Assembly: GCA_050273025.1 (NCBI GenBank)
Contig: CP158636.1
Location: 8,804,001-8,868,000, forward strand
Origin: Cenococcum geophilum
Taxonomy: Eukaryota
Length of the DNA: 64,000 nt
Direction: 5' to 3'
This document shows positions 38,901 through 52,000 of this stretch, piece after piece; position 1 is the stretch's first letter, and every line of letters begins with the position of its first letter. Below the pieces are notes generated by a model. That model was not told the origin of the DNA, ran no database searches, and was given only the letters and a program-made list of their open reading frames with translations. A program made the translations under genes and the position numbers.

Positions 38901-41900
38901 GGAACTTAACTAAAGATAGATTAGGTAGGTAGAGATACTTATAAAATACTATTTTAAGATTTAATATACTAAAGGTACAGATAATATATAAGTAAATGCT
39001 CTAAGTTAGAAAGCTAAACTGCAAAATAATAAAAAGCCATTAAGGGCTTTACTGCGAAAGGATATAGACGGATTAATTAGGTATAATTACCTAAAAATTA
39101 TAATAACTTAAGAAGAACTAGATAGAGTTTATAAGTTACTAAAAAGCTTTTAAGTATAAAGAATTTTAGAGGTATAGTTAGAAGACCTATAGATAGATAT
39201 ATACAAAAATTAAGAAGCGAAGTATATCCTAAGAAGTATAGTAGAGCATTTTATAGAAGATTTCTATAAGGGATTAACTTAAGGATATAATAGAGCTATG
39301 GGCTTAGTGTTAAGACTTTAGGAGGAGTATATTATTAACGGAATCTAGGGTTTAGTATAAAAGGTTACTAAGAAATATCTAGATTACTAAAGAAATAAAC
39401 TAATAAGGTATAAGCTATATGGGGGGCTATAACCTATTAAAATACTAGAGAGACTATAGGAGGTTATATTATAGGACTTTATTATTAAATTACTAAAGTT
39501 AAAAAACCCTATTACCGGACGAGATTATAACGCGATCTTAGTAATAATAAATAAGCTTATAAAGTAGGGATACTTTATAGCATATACAGAAGAAATATTA
39601 GCAAAACATGTTGCTAGAGTCTATATTAAAGAAGTATTTATAAGATATAAAGCACTAAGTAAGATTATATTAAATAGAGATTTAAGATTTATAGCAGTAT
39701 TTTAGGAGGTATTCTTAGCGGAATAAGGAGTTAAAGTAGCAACTTCTATTATATATTATCCGCAGATAAACGTTTAAATAGAAAGATTAAATTAGACATT
39801 AGAGTAGTATTTAAGACACTATATTAATTACGCATAGAATAATTAGGTATTATTATTACTAGTTATATAGTTTATATATAATATAATACTATAAAAAGAA
39901 ATAGGCATATTACTATTTAAGGCAAATTATAGATATAAGCTAAGGATATTATTATTACTATAATAAGTAAAGAAAATAAGTAGTATAGCTAAAGAAAAAA
40001 TAAAGACCTTAATAAATCTTTATATAGACCTTATAGAATTAATAAAGGAAATATAAGAAAGAATAAAAAAGTACTATAATGCTAAGAGATCTAAGGGACT
40101 AGATCTTAACGAGGGAGATAAAGTATAGCTACTATATAAAAATTTCAAGAGTTAACGACTAAGTAAGAAGTTAGACGACGTTAGGCTAGGACCTTTTAAA
40201 ATTAAATAAAAGATTTTACTAGTTATATTTAAATTAAACCTACCAGCTAAGATAAAGATTTACCCTATATAGTATATTGTAATACTAGAGCCAGTATATA
40301 GGAATATTAAGCCACTAGTTTATAAGGCAGACACATATAAAGGATAAAAAGAGGATAAATAGTAAGTTTTAAAGGTTATTAGTTATAAGGATATTAACGA
40401 TAAAATATAGTATAAGGTAAAGTAGATAGGCTATAATAAGACTACCTAGAAACTACTAGAGAATCTAAAGAATACTATAGGAAAAGTATAGGAGTATTAG
40501 AAGAAATTAGGTTAGGCAGTATTAATAAAAAAGGATTACTAAAAAATAAGTTATCTAAGGGGAACCTAAGAAGAGTAGTTACTAAGTTATTTAAATCTAT
40601 TTTCTTCTCGGCCAAAAGAGAATCCATTCTTTTATTACTAAGTTCCTATAAACCCTATTTTATAAGTTTCTACTTTTTAAAACAGACCTTCTTATAAACC
40701 TTCTTAAGACGGAGTAAATAAGTAGATGCCGTAATATAAGTATTTAAGGCCTTCTATTTCGCGTTACGAGAGCGTTCTAACTTAGTAAGAGCTTAAGACA
40801 GTTTACTATCTAGCCGCGTAGCAGTAGATTAAATATAAGACCCTAAGATAAATTAATTAGGGAACTAGACAACTATTAAGGATAATAGGTTATATATATT
40901 TAGTATTCGAAGTAGAGTAAACGTTATAGGATAAACAAATATTCGCTTTAGTACACTTTATATAAAAAGACAGTTATTACAAAGATAGGTTCGCTAACAT
41001 AATATAAACTAACCCCTTTTTTAAACAGCGAGAATATAGAGACGGTATAATCTTACTAAGAGATAATATTGCAGTAATAGTGCGAGCACAACGTTAGGCG
41101 TATAAAGAAGAAATTACTTTAGGTATAATAAGTAATAATATTAACTAAATTAATTAGATAGATATTATACCTTTAGTAAACAACTTAAAGATATTAGGAA
41201 TCTTTAAGGATAAAGATAAAGAGGAGGGAGATAGTGTTATGGACGCTTTAAGTATAATATTATAACTACTTAGGGAAGAGTTAGAAGAAGCTAGTTAGTT
41301 AATTTAGGCACAGTTTAAAATAAAACTAGTAGAACTATATAATAAGGAATAGTAACCAAAGTTATATAACATGCTATGTATTAAATAAGAGAAATAGAGG
41401 GAACCTATGTACCTTATATATATTATATATAAGGAGGATTTTATAGAAGTATAGTTGTATATTTAAGGACCCTTAGTCCCTACCTAGATAGTTCCTTCCT
41501 TATAGTAATTCTTAGAATACAATTAGAGTTAATCTATTAGGCAACCACTCCGCTAGTTATTATTACGTTATTAACTTTAATTTGCATTATCTATATATCT
41601 AGCCTAATAATAAGCCTATCGTAGTACTTGCTATAAGGTTCCGTTACAAGTGCTATAATATTACACCCCCTTTTAAAAAAGCCTACCCTTAGGCTTTATA
41701 CGTCTATATTATATCTATAGGGTATTCTTATCTTTATACTTAATAGGCAGCTTATTATCTTCGCTATTCTAGCACTCTATTTACTTATTAAGGTACTTTA
41801 AAGGTCTAGGTTTATTAGGGTAATAACTATAAAATTCCTAAAGCTTATAGGGACTACCTATAAAGTTCTATATAGGGTACTAAGTGGGGTTTAGGTTATA

Positions 41901-44900
41901 CCCTTTCTAACTAATATAATATTTTAACATTCCCCTTATAAGCTTATAGGCTAGTATTTCTTTAATTTCCTATTTATTGTCGCTATTAACTTAAATTAGT
42001 AGGGGAGGCTTATTCTTTTATCTAGGTAATAGGTTGTTTATAGCTTTTTATAGTTTATCTAGAGAGAAAATAGGGTGAACTTTAATTGAATCTGGGAGCT
42101 TTACTTTGTATATATTGCCTATCTTTTTAAAAACCTTATACGGTTCTGCTATCTAATAGTCTAGCTTATGGCTAGGTTGTTCCATTATTTAGTTCTTTAT
42201 TATAACCTAGACTATATCTTCTACGGTAAAGTCAGGCTCTCGCCTATACTTATTTACCTATTATTATATTAATTTCTAGGCCCTTTCTAGATTTATATAG
42301 GCTACCGTCTAGGCTTTTTTTAAGCGCTTAGTATACTACTATGCTTCCTTATAAGATAGTTTTTATATACGGTTTAGGGTCCTTTTAGTCTTTCCTAGTT
42401 AAAGCTTATATAGGGTAAGTAACCTATTTCCAGTTAAATAGGGACAAATCCTATAAAGTTGTAGGGTAGGGTCACTTAGGTATAGTTTATTAGGGGTAGC
42501 AGTTTGGCCTAATTATTTTAAAAGAAGTTAATAAAGGGCCGAAGTCTCTAATTTAAGTATTAATTTATAATTTCCGTCTAACTATCTATCTAGGGGTGGT
42601 ATGCGGTAAAAAGCTTTAACTTAATACCTAAGATTTAGGTAAACTTATTCTAAAATACTAATATAAATTGCGGCCTATAATTGGATATAATAGTATTTAG
42701 TAGTCCGTAGATTTGGTAAATATAGTAGATATATAATTAGGCCGCTTCTTTAGTATTAATATTCTTATAATATAGGATTAAGAATAGGCGCTTACTAAAG
42801 CAATTAACTAGAATTATAACTATATTATATCTATTATAGTCTATAGGTAGCTTATAGAAGTCTATAAAGATATATTACTAAGGGCGTTTTAGTATTAGGA
42901 GTGGTTTTAATAGTCTTAGGGTCTTATCTTATGGGATTATAGATCTACGGCAGCTATCGCAGTTCTATATATAACGGTTAATATTTATAACTATTCCGGG
43001 CCAGTAGTAACGGTTACTAATAATTTTATAGGTTTTATTTTTTCTAGGGTAGGCTATAGAGACTTAGGCATAAGCTTTAGTAATAAGCTAGGTCCATAAG
43101 TTTTATTCCTTAGCTACTACTAGCTATTCCTAGTGCTTAAGTAGTCCGTTTTTAAGGGACTATAGGCTAGCAACGTTCTTTACCTTTTTATAGTACTCCT
43201 ATAAAGAGGGGGTTATTTAGTTAGCTTATAGTAGTTTATTAATAAGGTTAAGTTTAGAGGAGTTAATAGGATATATCTTAGCGCTTAAGGAGTCTGTGCT
43301 TAGTTCTGCCCGTATTTAGGGGTTAAGGTATTTTAGTTATAGTAGCGTTTAGGTCCGTAATAAGATCTTTATAGCTGTCTAGTTATCTAGGTCTTACTTA
43401 TACCTTATAAGAGTATCCGCACGGTTTATAGCGCCTAGTCTATATATAATTAAGAAGTTAAACTAAGATAGGGTATCCGCTTAGCATACCTGCTAGGCTA
43501 TAAGGGCCTTAGTTATTATAAAGTATTCTAGGGCCTTATAATCTAAAACTACCTTAATTAGATTAGGGGTTCCCTTTAGCTATATACCCTAGTGCTAAAA
43601 GCTAGAGATAATAACTAGCATTTCTTTATTATCGATATAGTAGTTTAGCTTAGCATCTATTATAGTCTTTAAATAGTATATAATAGGGTGCTACTCTCCG
43701 TCCGGTTGCTTCTAGGAAAAAATACTAGCTATTATACCGTCTAAGGTATTAGTTTCTAGCATTAAGGGCTATTCTAGGTTAAAATAGGCAAGTAGGGGAG
43801 CCGATACTAGCCGTTTCTTAAGCTTATTAAAGGCCTGCCTATATATAGCGTTAAAGTAGAAGAGCTGGTCTTTTTTAGTAAGATGGTTAAGAGGCTAGGC
43901 GATCCTACTGTAGTTTATAATAAAGCGTTAGTAGAAGTTATAAAAACCTAAAAATAGTTATACCCCCTTTACGGTCCGTAGGGGTGCCTACTAGTTAATT
44001 ATAGCCGTCTTCTTTAGGTTAGTTTTAATTCCGTCTATACTAATAATAAAACTTAAGTACTTTATACGCTTAACACTAAACTTTAACTTCTTAATGTTAA
44101 CCTAGAGGCTAGCCTTACGGAGCTGTTATAGGACTTTATGGATATACTCCTTATATTTTAGCTTATTCTTAAAGTAGATTATAATATTATCTAAATAGGC
44201 CGTATAGAAGTCGTTAAGGTAGTTAAAGAGTATATTATTTATATACCGCTAGTACGTAGCTAGTCCGTTAGTTAGTCTAAAAGGGAGTACCTTATATTTA
44301 TATATTCTGTAATAGGTTTAAAATATAATAAAATCTTTAGACCTAAGGTTTATTCTAATTTAGTAAAAGGCCTGGCGGATATTAAGCTTTATAAAAACTT
44401 TAGCTCTACTTATTTAGGCTAGAGTTTTATTAAGTAGGGGTAGCGAATAGCGGTCCTTACGGGTTATATTATTTAGCTTATAGTAGTTAATATAGAAGCG
44501 GAGTCCTCTATTTAGCTTTTTAATAAAGAGAATAGGTAAGGTAAAAGGGGTTTAGCTAGGCTTAATAAAGCCCTTATTTAGGTTATTAATAAGATACTAC
44601 TTTATAGCCTATAATTTGGTAATAGACTGCTTATAGAGGGGGCTAAAGCTAAGGGTGTTTTTCTTACCCTGCTTAATCTTAATCTTATAGTTATACAGTT
44701 AGTAAGGTAGAAGTATATTAGATACTACTTTAGAGAATATATCCTTAAATTTCTAGTGTTAATAGGGCAGCTTTTATTCTACTAGTTTCTTATCTATAAG
44801 CTCGCTTCCCTTTTCCTTAATTATTTAATTAATTTTATATAAGCTCATTGTAAAGGTGACGGTATTAAGCTAAATTAAGTTCTAGTAAAATCCTATAGCA

Positions 44901-47681
44901 CTAATGCAGTAGATATTAACTGGTAGGAGGTTTACTAGTTTCCTTATAGCCGTTTTCTAGACCGTATTTTACGGTTTAGGGTTTATAATCTTTCTTAGCT
45001 CCTATTCTATCTTCTATAGGTTATCCCTTTAATTTATTAGTTTAGTATAACGTCCAACGTCCCTTACTATTCTTTATAGCTATATAGGGCCTAAGCTCTC
45101 TATAGGGGGCTTTTTTTTAGATTACTACTAACTTTCTAGGTCTTTAATGCGGGTAGCGTAATATAGGTAGTCTGGGGGCGACGTAGTATATAAATCCGTT
45201 GCGAATTAAGCTATATATCTTTCTTAAAGGCCTAGCCCCTACGTATAGCATTGGCCTAGTAAATAGCATTAATTTAGGGCTGTATAAGGTTTTCTATTAT
45301 AATACTAATTTCTTTTATAAAGGAAGGTGTTAGGCTAGATAAGCCGTTTACTCTGTATATTAAGCTATAAGCCTAAATAGGCTAGCTATTTTTGCCTTAT
45401 GATTATATTATAGCTACCTAGGTCCGTAATAAGAAAGGGGATATTATATTACCTTTATCTGTTAATGCGGAGGTAAATCTATAAGATAGTTATAATAGGT
45501 AGTTCTATCCGCCCGTTATATCCGCGGATAGAAATTAGTTTAGGTAGTTCTTTAATAGGTATATTTAGAAAGTTAGCCAGCTTTATAGTATATTAGGTAT
45601 CTATTAAGGTAAAGGTATTTACTCTAGAGTTAGCTAAAGCAAAGGTTAAAACTTAGTATTTATTACGGAATAAAGTATAAGGGATAGTATAGCTTTTTTT
45701 ACTAACTAGCTAACCCAGATTAATATCTAATATATTAATCCCTTTTAACCCTAGAGAGGAGTCTTCCTCTAAAGTTCCTCTTTTTCCAACTTTGCGCTAT
45801 TCTTCTGGATTAATAGAACCTTGTCCGCTTTTATACCCATTAAGTAATCCTTTATATAGTAACCTTTCTAACTATAAGAGAAGTAAGCTCCTTAATTACT
45901 AAGGGCCTATATATAGGGGTTACTATATATAGGCCGAGTATTCGCTAGACCTATAGTAGGACTGGCTATATAGCTAGTTACTAAATTAGCAGTGGGCTAT
46001 ACAGGTAGTGCTATGGGGGTTGCTAATTGTACTAGGGCATTACGGGCCGTTCTTATATTGCTTATAGTCTAATTTAAAGGGGTTATAGCTTTATACTATT
46101 TGGTATATACCTTAATTTAATAAAGGCCTTAGTTAATAGCTAAGCACTAGTCCGTAAGTTCCTTTAGCGTCTATATAGTAGTAAAAACTAGTAGTATAGC
46201 TTGCTCTAGGTCTAGGGTAAGCTTATTAAATAGGTCTAATATTAAATCTTCCTAGGGAATTTAAGCCTAGCTAGCTAGGTGTAGAAAGCAGGTCTAAAGG
46301 GCTAAGGAGGTCTCTGTTGTTTTTATATTTAGGCTTTTATGGTTAGGTTAGGTGTTTTGTGCTTTAGAGGGATCCTTATAGATAGAAGATAGGTAAATAA
46401 TTATCTCTTTTTTAGAGAGGAAGGGATCTGCTAAGTCCTATACGTACTGCGGACGTAGGTGCGTTTATATATCCCTACTAGTACAGCCGAAGACATAGGC
46501 TATTTTAGCCTAAGTAGTAGGAAAGTGGTCTGCATTAACTTTAAGCTTATCCTATAATTAAAGTTTCTAATTATTAAATATAGGGTTGGTTCCGTTTATA
46601 AGTAATAGGGGGTCCGCGACCTTTACGGACCGTAATAATACTAATGCTATATGTTGGGCTAGAGCTTTAAGGACTATAGTAAGTCTTTAGGTGTCTAATG
46701 ACTCTTTACTAGGTATAGGGGGTTCTCTAGCTTTAAGCAGCTCTTAAAGTCGTTTAATTTTGGTATTAGCTACTATAAGCTCTACCTAGGAGTTTAAGTT
46801 AGTTGCTATTTTACCATTAGAGGTATTTAAGGGTCCTATAGCTACTTTGCTAGCTGCTATATTTCTTAGCATCGTAGTACGGTTATTAGGGTAACTTTTA
46901 GTAGGATTCTGCAGGGGTTTTAGTCTATACGTGTTTTATAAATCTTATTATTCTTTTTTATTCTTCTAGTTCTATAATAGTCTTTAGGTCTATTTCTGTG
47001 TTCTATTCTTATTTATAGTCCGTAAATATTTTTTAAGTTCCTTCTTAGGAAGAAGAGGTAGTTAAGCTTTAGATAATATTAGCAACTTAGTTAATTAAGG
47101 CACGAGCACGGTAAGAGGGACGCGTAAGCCTATACGATTGGTAGTCTATAAACGAGGATCTAAAGCTAGAAAAAGGAAAGGAGACGAAGGGTAGCGCCGC
47201 TTAACGTTATATACGATCCTCTGGTTACGTAACGGCAACTATTTAAAACTATATAAAACTATCTACGACTATCTGCAACTATTTATTATAATCCACTAAT
47301 ATCTATTAGCCGCAATCTACTAGTTTTTACTAGTGCTGTAATATTTAAAGCGGTATAAAATAAAACAGTTTTTACCTAAAAACTATTTAAAAGGTTAACG
47401 GATTTTATTTATAAGGTATAATAAAGAGACGCTTTTTATATTATTTTTAATACAAAAATAGACTAGAAATATAATAAAAAGAAAGCTACTAAGCGCTCTC
47501 CTAGAGCTATATCTAATCTAAATATTAGGTTTAGGGGGCCGAGCTACACTACTATGCTAGGGGATATAAACCTCTACTACTTATAATAGGGCGGTATCTA
47601 TATCGTCGCTAAACCGTAAGTAGAGAGCCTGCTAGAAGCTGCTTAATTATTACCCTAAACTTAATCGTAATCTTACTAATA

Positions 47682-48101
47682 CAGCGATGTGCACGACCCC
47701 CCCTCTGGAAAAATATTTTTTCGCTTCGGTACGCGGGCTCGCTAGAAATCGTAGCGAACGCCCATGCTTGGCTGTAAGAACTTTACTTCTGGCAGACTTC
47801 GCGATCCTCCACAGTGTCGTGATCTTTGTTAAATATCGTAAGGTTTCCACCCATACGATATCACCAAATTTCATCAGCAATTGCAGGAACAGCTTTGTAT
47901 TCGTGTTTTGGCGGCCACAGCGGGGGTGCGCAGTTAAGGGGGATGGGAGGGCGCGTGCGTCCTCATTTTAGTTCTCCTGGCAACCAAGGCGATTCTCCAG
48001 GGCAACCATCTGTACAGTTGGTGGCGATTTGGCGAGCCCGCGTACCGAAGCGAAATAATATTTTTCCAGAGGGGGGTGGAAGCTGGTCGTGCACATCGCT
48101 G
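47682..48101. mobile_element. MITE (Tc1/mariner-type), 420 bp, essentially un-RIPed
   Basis: TIRs cagcgatgtgcacgacc...ccccctctggaaaaatatt...cgcttcggtacgcgggctcgc (~65-75 bp; left arm lacks ~8 bp). TA duplication at 47680-47681 and 48102-48103. Confidence 0.9.
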
Positions 48102-49045
48102 TACTAGGAGGTTATATAGATAAATCTATCCGCTTTTTTTAGCACTAACTTCTACTAACAAACCTATTACTAATATTCCTCTATATAAGTTTTTAGCTTA
48201 TATATAGCTCCCTTTTAAATCCTTTCGTTAGAAGAATTTTATTAGGCGACCCTTAAGTAAGAAAAAAGTAATACTTAATCCTAGATTATACTATAAATAA
48301 TATATAAAAAATATTTTAGGAAAAATATAAGGCATATATATATAATGGCTCGAATAAATACCTCTGACTCCAGTAATGGCAATAATTAGTTAGTTAGTTA
48401 CGATTATATTATATTATATAAGAATATAACCAACCTAATTATAATCGCACCTGCTGATTATATTACGTAAATATAACTATATAATTAACTGCGGAAATAG
48501 CGGAAATAAAAAGAGGGAGAGGTAGAGCTTTAGGATAAGCTCTAGGAAAGCTCTAGGGTAAGTGTGTTATCTACACGTAATAACTTACGTGTAGATAATA
48601 TTACGTAAAGGCCCGTGCCTAAAAGATGTAATTAATATTACTATATAACCAAATCAGAATCACTTTCTTTAATTATATAATAATCGGAATTATGGAGCTA
48701 ATTATGGTTATATAGTTATTATTATCACTATCTGACCCAAAGCTTAAACAAATGCTATATCATGAAAATATTAGGCTAAAGAGAAGAAGAAGAGGTATAT
48801 ACAGGAGCGAGAGACGTACTATGTACGTTACCTACTAAGAAAGTGGCCTAGGGCACGTGCATATATATATATAACTAGGTAAGATATTATACTACTTTAA
48901 TTATAAGCCATTTTATAAAAAAGAAATATATGTAAAAGGTTTCCTAAAGAAGATTCTTTATAAATTTTATATATATTATAAATCTATATAAGGCGTGATT
49001 ATAAAGATAGGTTTTCGTTATAACTTTTTATTAAGTGGGAGCCGT

Positions 49046-52000
49046 TGTAACGGAGCCTTGTAGTAGGAACTACGGTAGACTCGTTAATGGGCTAGGTATA
49101 TAGGTATTAAATAAAGTCAACAACGTAATAACAACTGGTGGAGTAGTTGCCTAACAGATTAACTCTAATTATATTCTAAGAATTACTATAAGGAAGAAAC
49201 TATCTAGGTAGGGACTAAGGGTCCTTAAATACACAACCATACTCCTATAAAAGTCGATACTCTATCTACTCTATCTACTCTATTCGCTCTATTATAGATC
49301 TCGCAGATTACCTAGATTACACAGATTATATTACGTAACTTTGCTTACTATTCCTCGTCATATAGTTCCACGGGTTCTATCCTAGACTATACCTATATTA
49401 ACCAACTAGCTTCTTTTAACTTCTCTCTAAGTAGTTATAACATTGTACTTAAAGCGTCCGTAACACTATCTCCCTCCTCTTTATCTTCGTCCTTAAAAAT
49501 ACCTAGTATCTCTAAGTTATTTACTAGAGGTATAATATCCGTTTAATTAATTTGGTTAATATTATTACTTATAATGCCTAAAGCACCTTCTTCTTCTTTA
49601 ACTCTTTATTATACGCGTATAGTCTCTTCCATACTATCACTTAGTAAAGTAATGCCATCTCCGTGTTCTTATTATATAAAAGAGGGGTTAGTATATATTA
49701 CGTTAGCGAGTCCTTTAGCTTAGCAACCTTCCTTTTACTTAAAGTGCACTAAAGCAAACGTTTAATTATCCTATAATATTTGCTTAATTCCTAACGCTAA
49801 GTATACACGTCCTATAACTCTTAATAGTCTCTAAGTTCCCTAAGTAATTTATTATAGGGTCTTATATTTAATCTACTACTATAAAGCTTAATAATAAGCT
49901 ATCCATTACTTTAGCGGAACTTCGCCACTTACGTGACACTAAAAAAGAGGCTGCTAATGCTTAACAATAGGCTCTTAATTCTCGTCTTGCTGCATCTACT
50001 TAGTTAATTCATCTTAAGAAAGTTCGTAAAAAGGTTCGTTCTAAGGAGTAAAAACTTATAGAATAAGGTTTATAGGAACTTAGTAATAAAAGAACGGATT
50101 CTCCTCTAACAGAGAAGGAAATAACTTTAAGTAGTTCGGCAGTCGCTCTTCCTGGGTCCCCCTTAAGTGACTTATTCTTTAGCGATTCCCCTTTATTAAT
50201 GTTACCTAACCTTTTCTCTTTTAATACTCCTATACCTTTTCTATAGCGTTCTTTAGGTTCTCTAATAGCTTCTAGGTAGTTTTATTATAACCTATCTACT
50301 TTACTTTATACTATATTTTATTATCTATATCCTTATAATTAACGATCCTTAAAACTTACTATTTATCTTCCTTTTATCCTCTATATATATCTACTTTATA
50401 GACTAGTAGCTTAACATTTCTATATACTAGCTCTAGCATTACAATATACTATATAGGGTAGATCTTTATTTTAGCTAGTAGGTTTAACTTAAATATAACT
50501 AATAAAAATTTTTATATAATTTTAAAAGGTCCTAGTCTAATATAGTCTAACTTCTTACTTAGTCGTTAACTCTTAAAATTTTTATATAGTAGCTATACTT
50601 TATCTCCCTCCTTAAGATCTAGTCCCTTAGATCTCTTAGCATTATAGTGCCTTTTTATCCTTTGCTATACCACCTTAGCTATTTCTATAAGGTCTGCATA
50701 AAGATTTATTAAACTCTTTATTCTTTGCTTAGCTATACTACTTATCTTCTTTACTTAATATAGCGATAATAAGGTCCTTAGCTTATATCCGTAATTCGCC
50801 TTAAATAGTAACGTGCCTATTCCTTCTTATAGTATTATATTATATGCAAACTATATAATTAGTAATAGCGATACCTAATTATTCTGTATATAGTTAATAT
50901 AATACCTTAGATACTACTCTAGCGTCTAATTTAATCTTTCTATTTAACCATCTGTCTATAGATAATATATAGTAAAAGTTGCTGCTTAAACTCCTTACTC
51001 TGCTAAAAACACTTCTTAGAATACTGCTATAAATCTTAAATCTCTATCTAATATAATCTTACTTAGTACTCTATACCTTATAAACACTTCTTTAATATAA
51101 ATTCTAGCAATATTTTCCGCTAATATTTCTTCTATGCATGCTATAAAGTACCCCTACTTTATAAGCTTATCTATTATTACTAAGATCGCGTTATAATCTT
51201 ATCCAGTAATAGGATCTCTTAACTTTAGTAACTTAATAATAAAGTCCTATAATATAACCTCCTATAGTCTTTCTAGTATTTTAATAGGTTGTAGCTCTCT
51301 ATATAGCTTATACCTTATTAGTTTATTTCTTTAGTAATCTAGATATTCCTTTATAACTTACCTAGCTAGTCCCTAAATTCTATTAATAATATACTCCTCT
51401 TAAAGTCTTAACACTAAGCCTATAGCTCTATTATATCCTTAAGTTAGTCCTTTATAAAATAACTTAATAAACTCCTTTGTAATAGATCTCGGCACGTATA
51501 TTACTTCTTAATTTTTATACTACTCTAAGTCTAAATCCTCCGCCTATATATCTAGGATCTTTTATACCTAATTACTCTCTAGTAATTTATAGATCTTTTC
51601 TTCTTATATTGCTATAATCTTCGGATAATTATACCTAATTAATCCATCTATATCCTTTCGCAGTAAAGCCCTTAATGGCTTTTTATTATTCTATAGTTTA
51701 GCCTTTTTACTTAGAGCATCCGCTCGTGTATTCTCTATACCCTTAGTATACTAAATCTTAAAATAGTATTCTATAAGCATCTCTACCCATCTAACCTGTT
51801 TATAATTAAGTTCTTTTATTATTAGGAACCCTATTAGGTTCTTATAATCCATCTTAACTATAAATAGTTTTTCTATACCTTATAAGAATAATCTCTATTC
51901 CCTTAATATTATAACTATACCTAATAACTCCTTATTATAGATGTTATAGTTTAGTTCTAGTGGTATTATCTTCTAACTATAATATGCCACTAGGTGCTAT

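Larger units (their letters stand above)
11337..41648 (+). mobile_element. Ty3/Gypsy family D copy 1 (D1), hosting elements E and D2
   Basis: LTRs 11337-~11758 and 41235-41648; TSD AGTGC at 11332-11336 and 41649-41653; PPT gaggagggagatag before 41235. Own sequence is 11337-13751, 24187-24919 and 36965-41648, with RT at ~37900-38300. Confidence 0.9.
11077..47343 (-). mobile_element. Ty3/Gypsy element C (body 41654-47343); its 3' LTR is split by the 30-kb D1 nest
   Basis: LTR 11077-11336 plus 41654-41660 matches 47077-47343. Flanks cttaa/tttaa are a probable TSD. RT DF(C)TAYLDDIIIY on minus at ~44175-44220. C-run PPT at ~41665. Confidence 0.8.

Noticed and set aside
47650..48107. Three short ORFs over the MITE
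   Set aside because: No transposase motifs; they exist only because this DNA is not RIPed.
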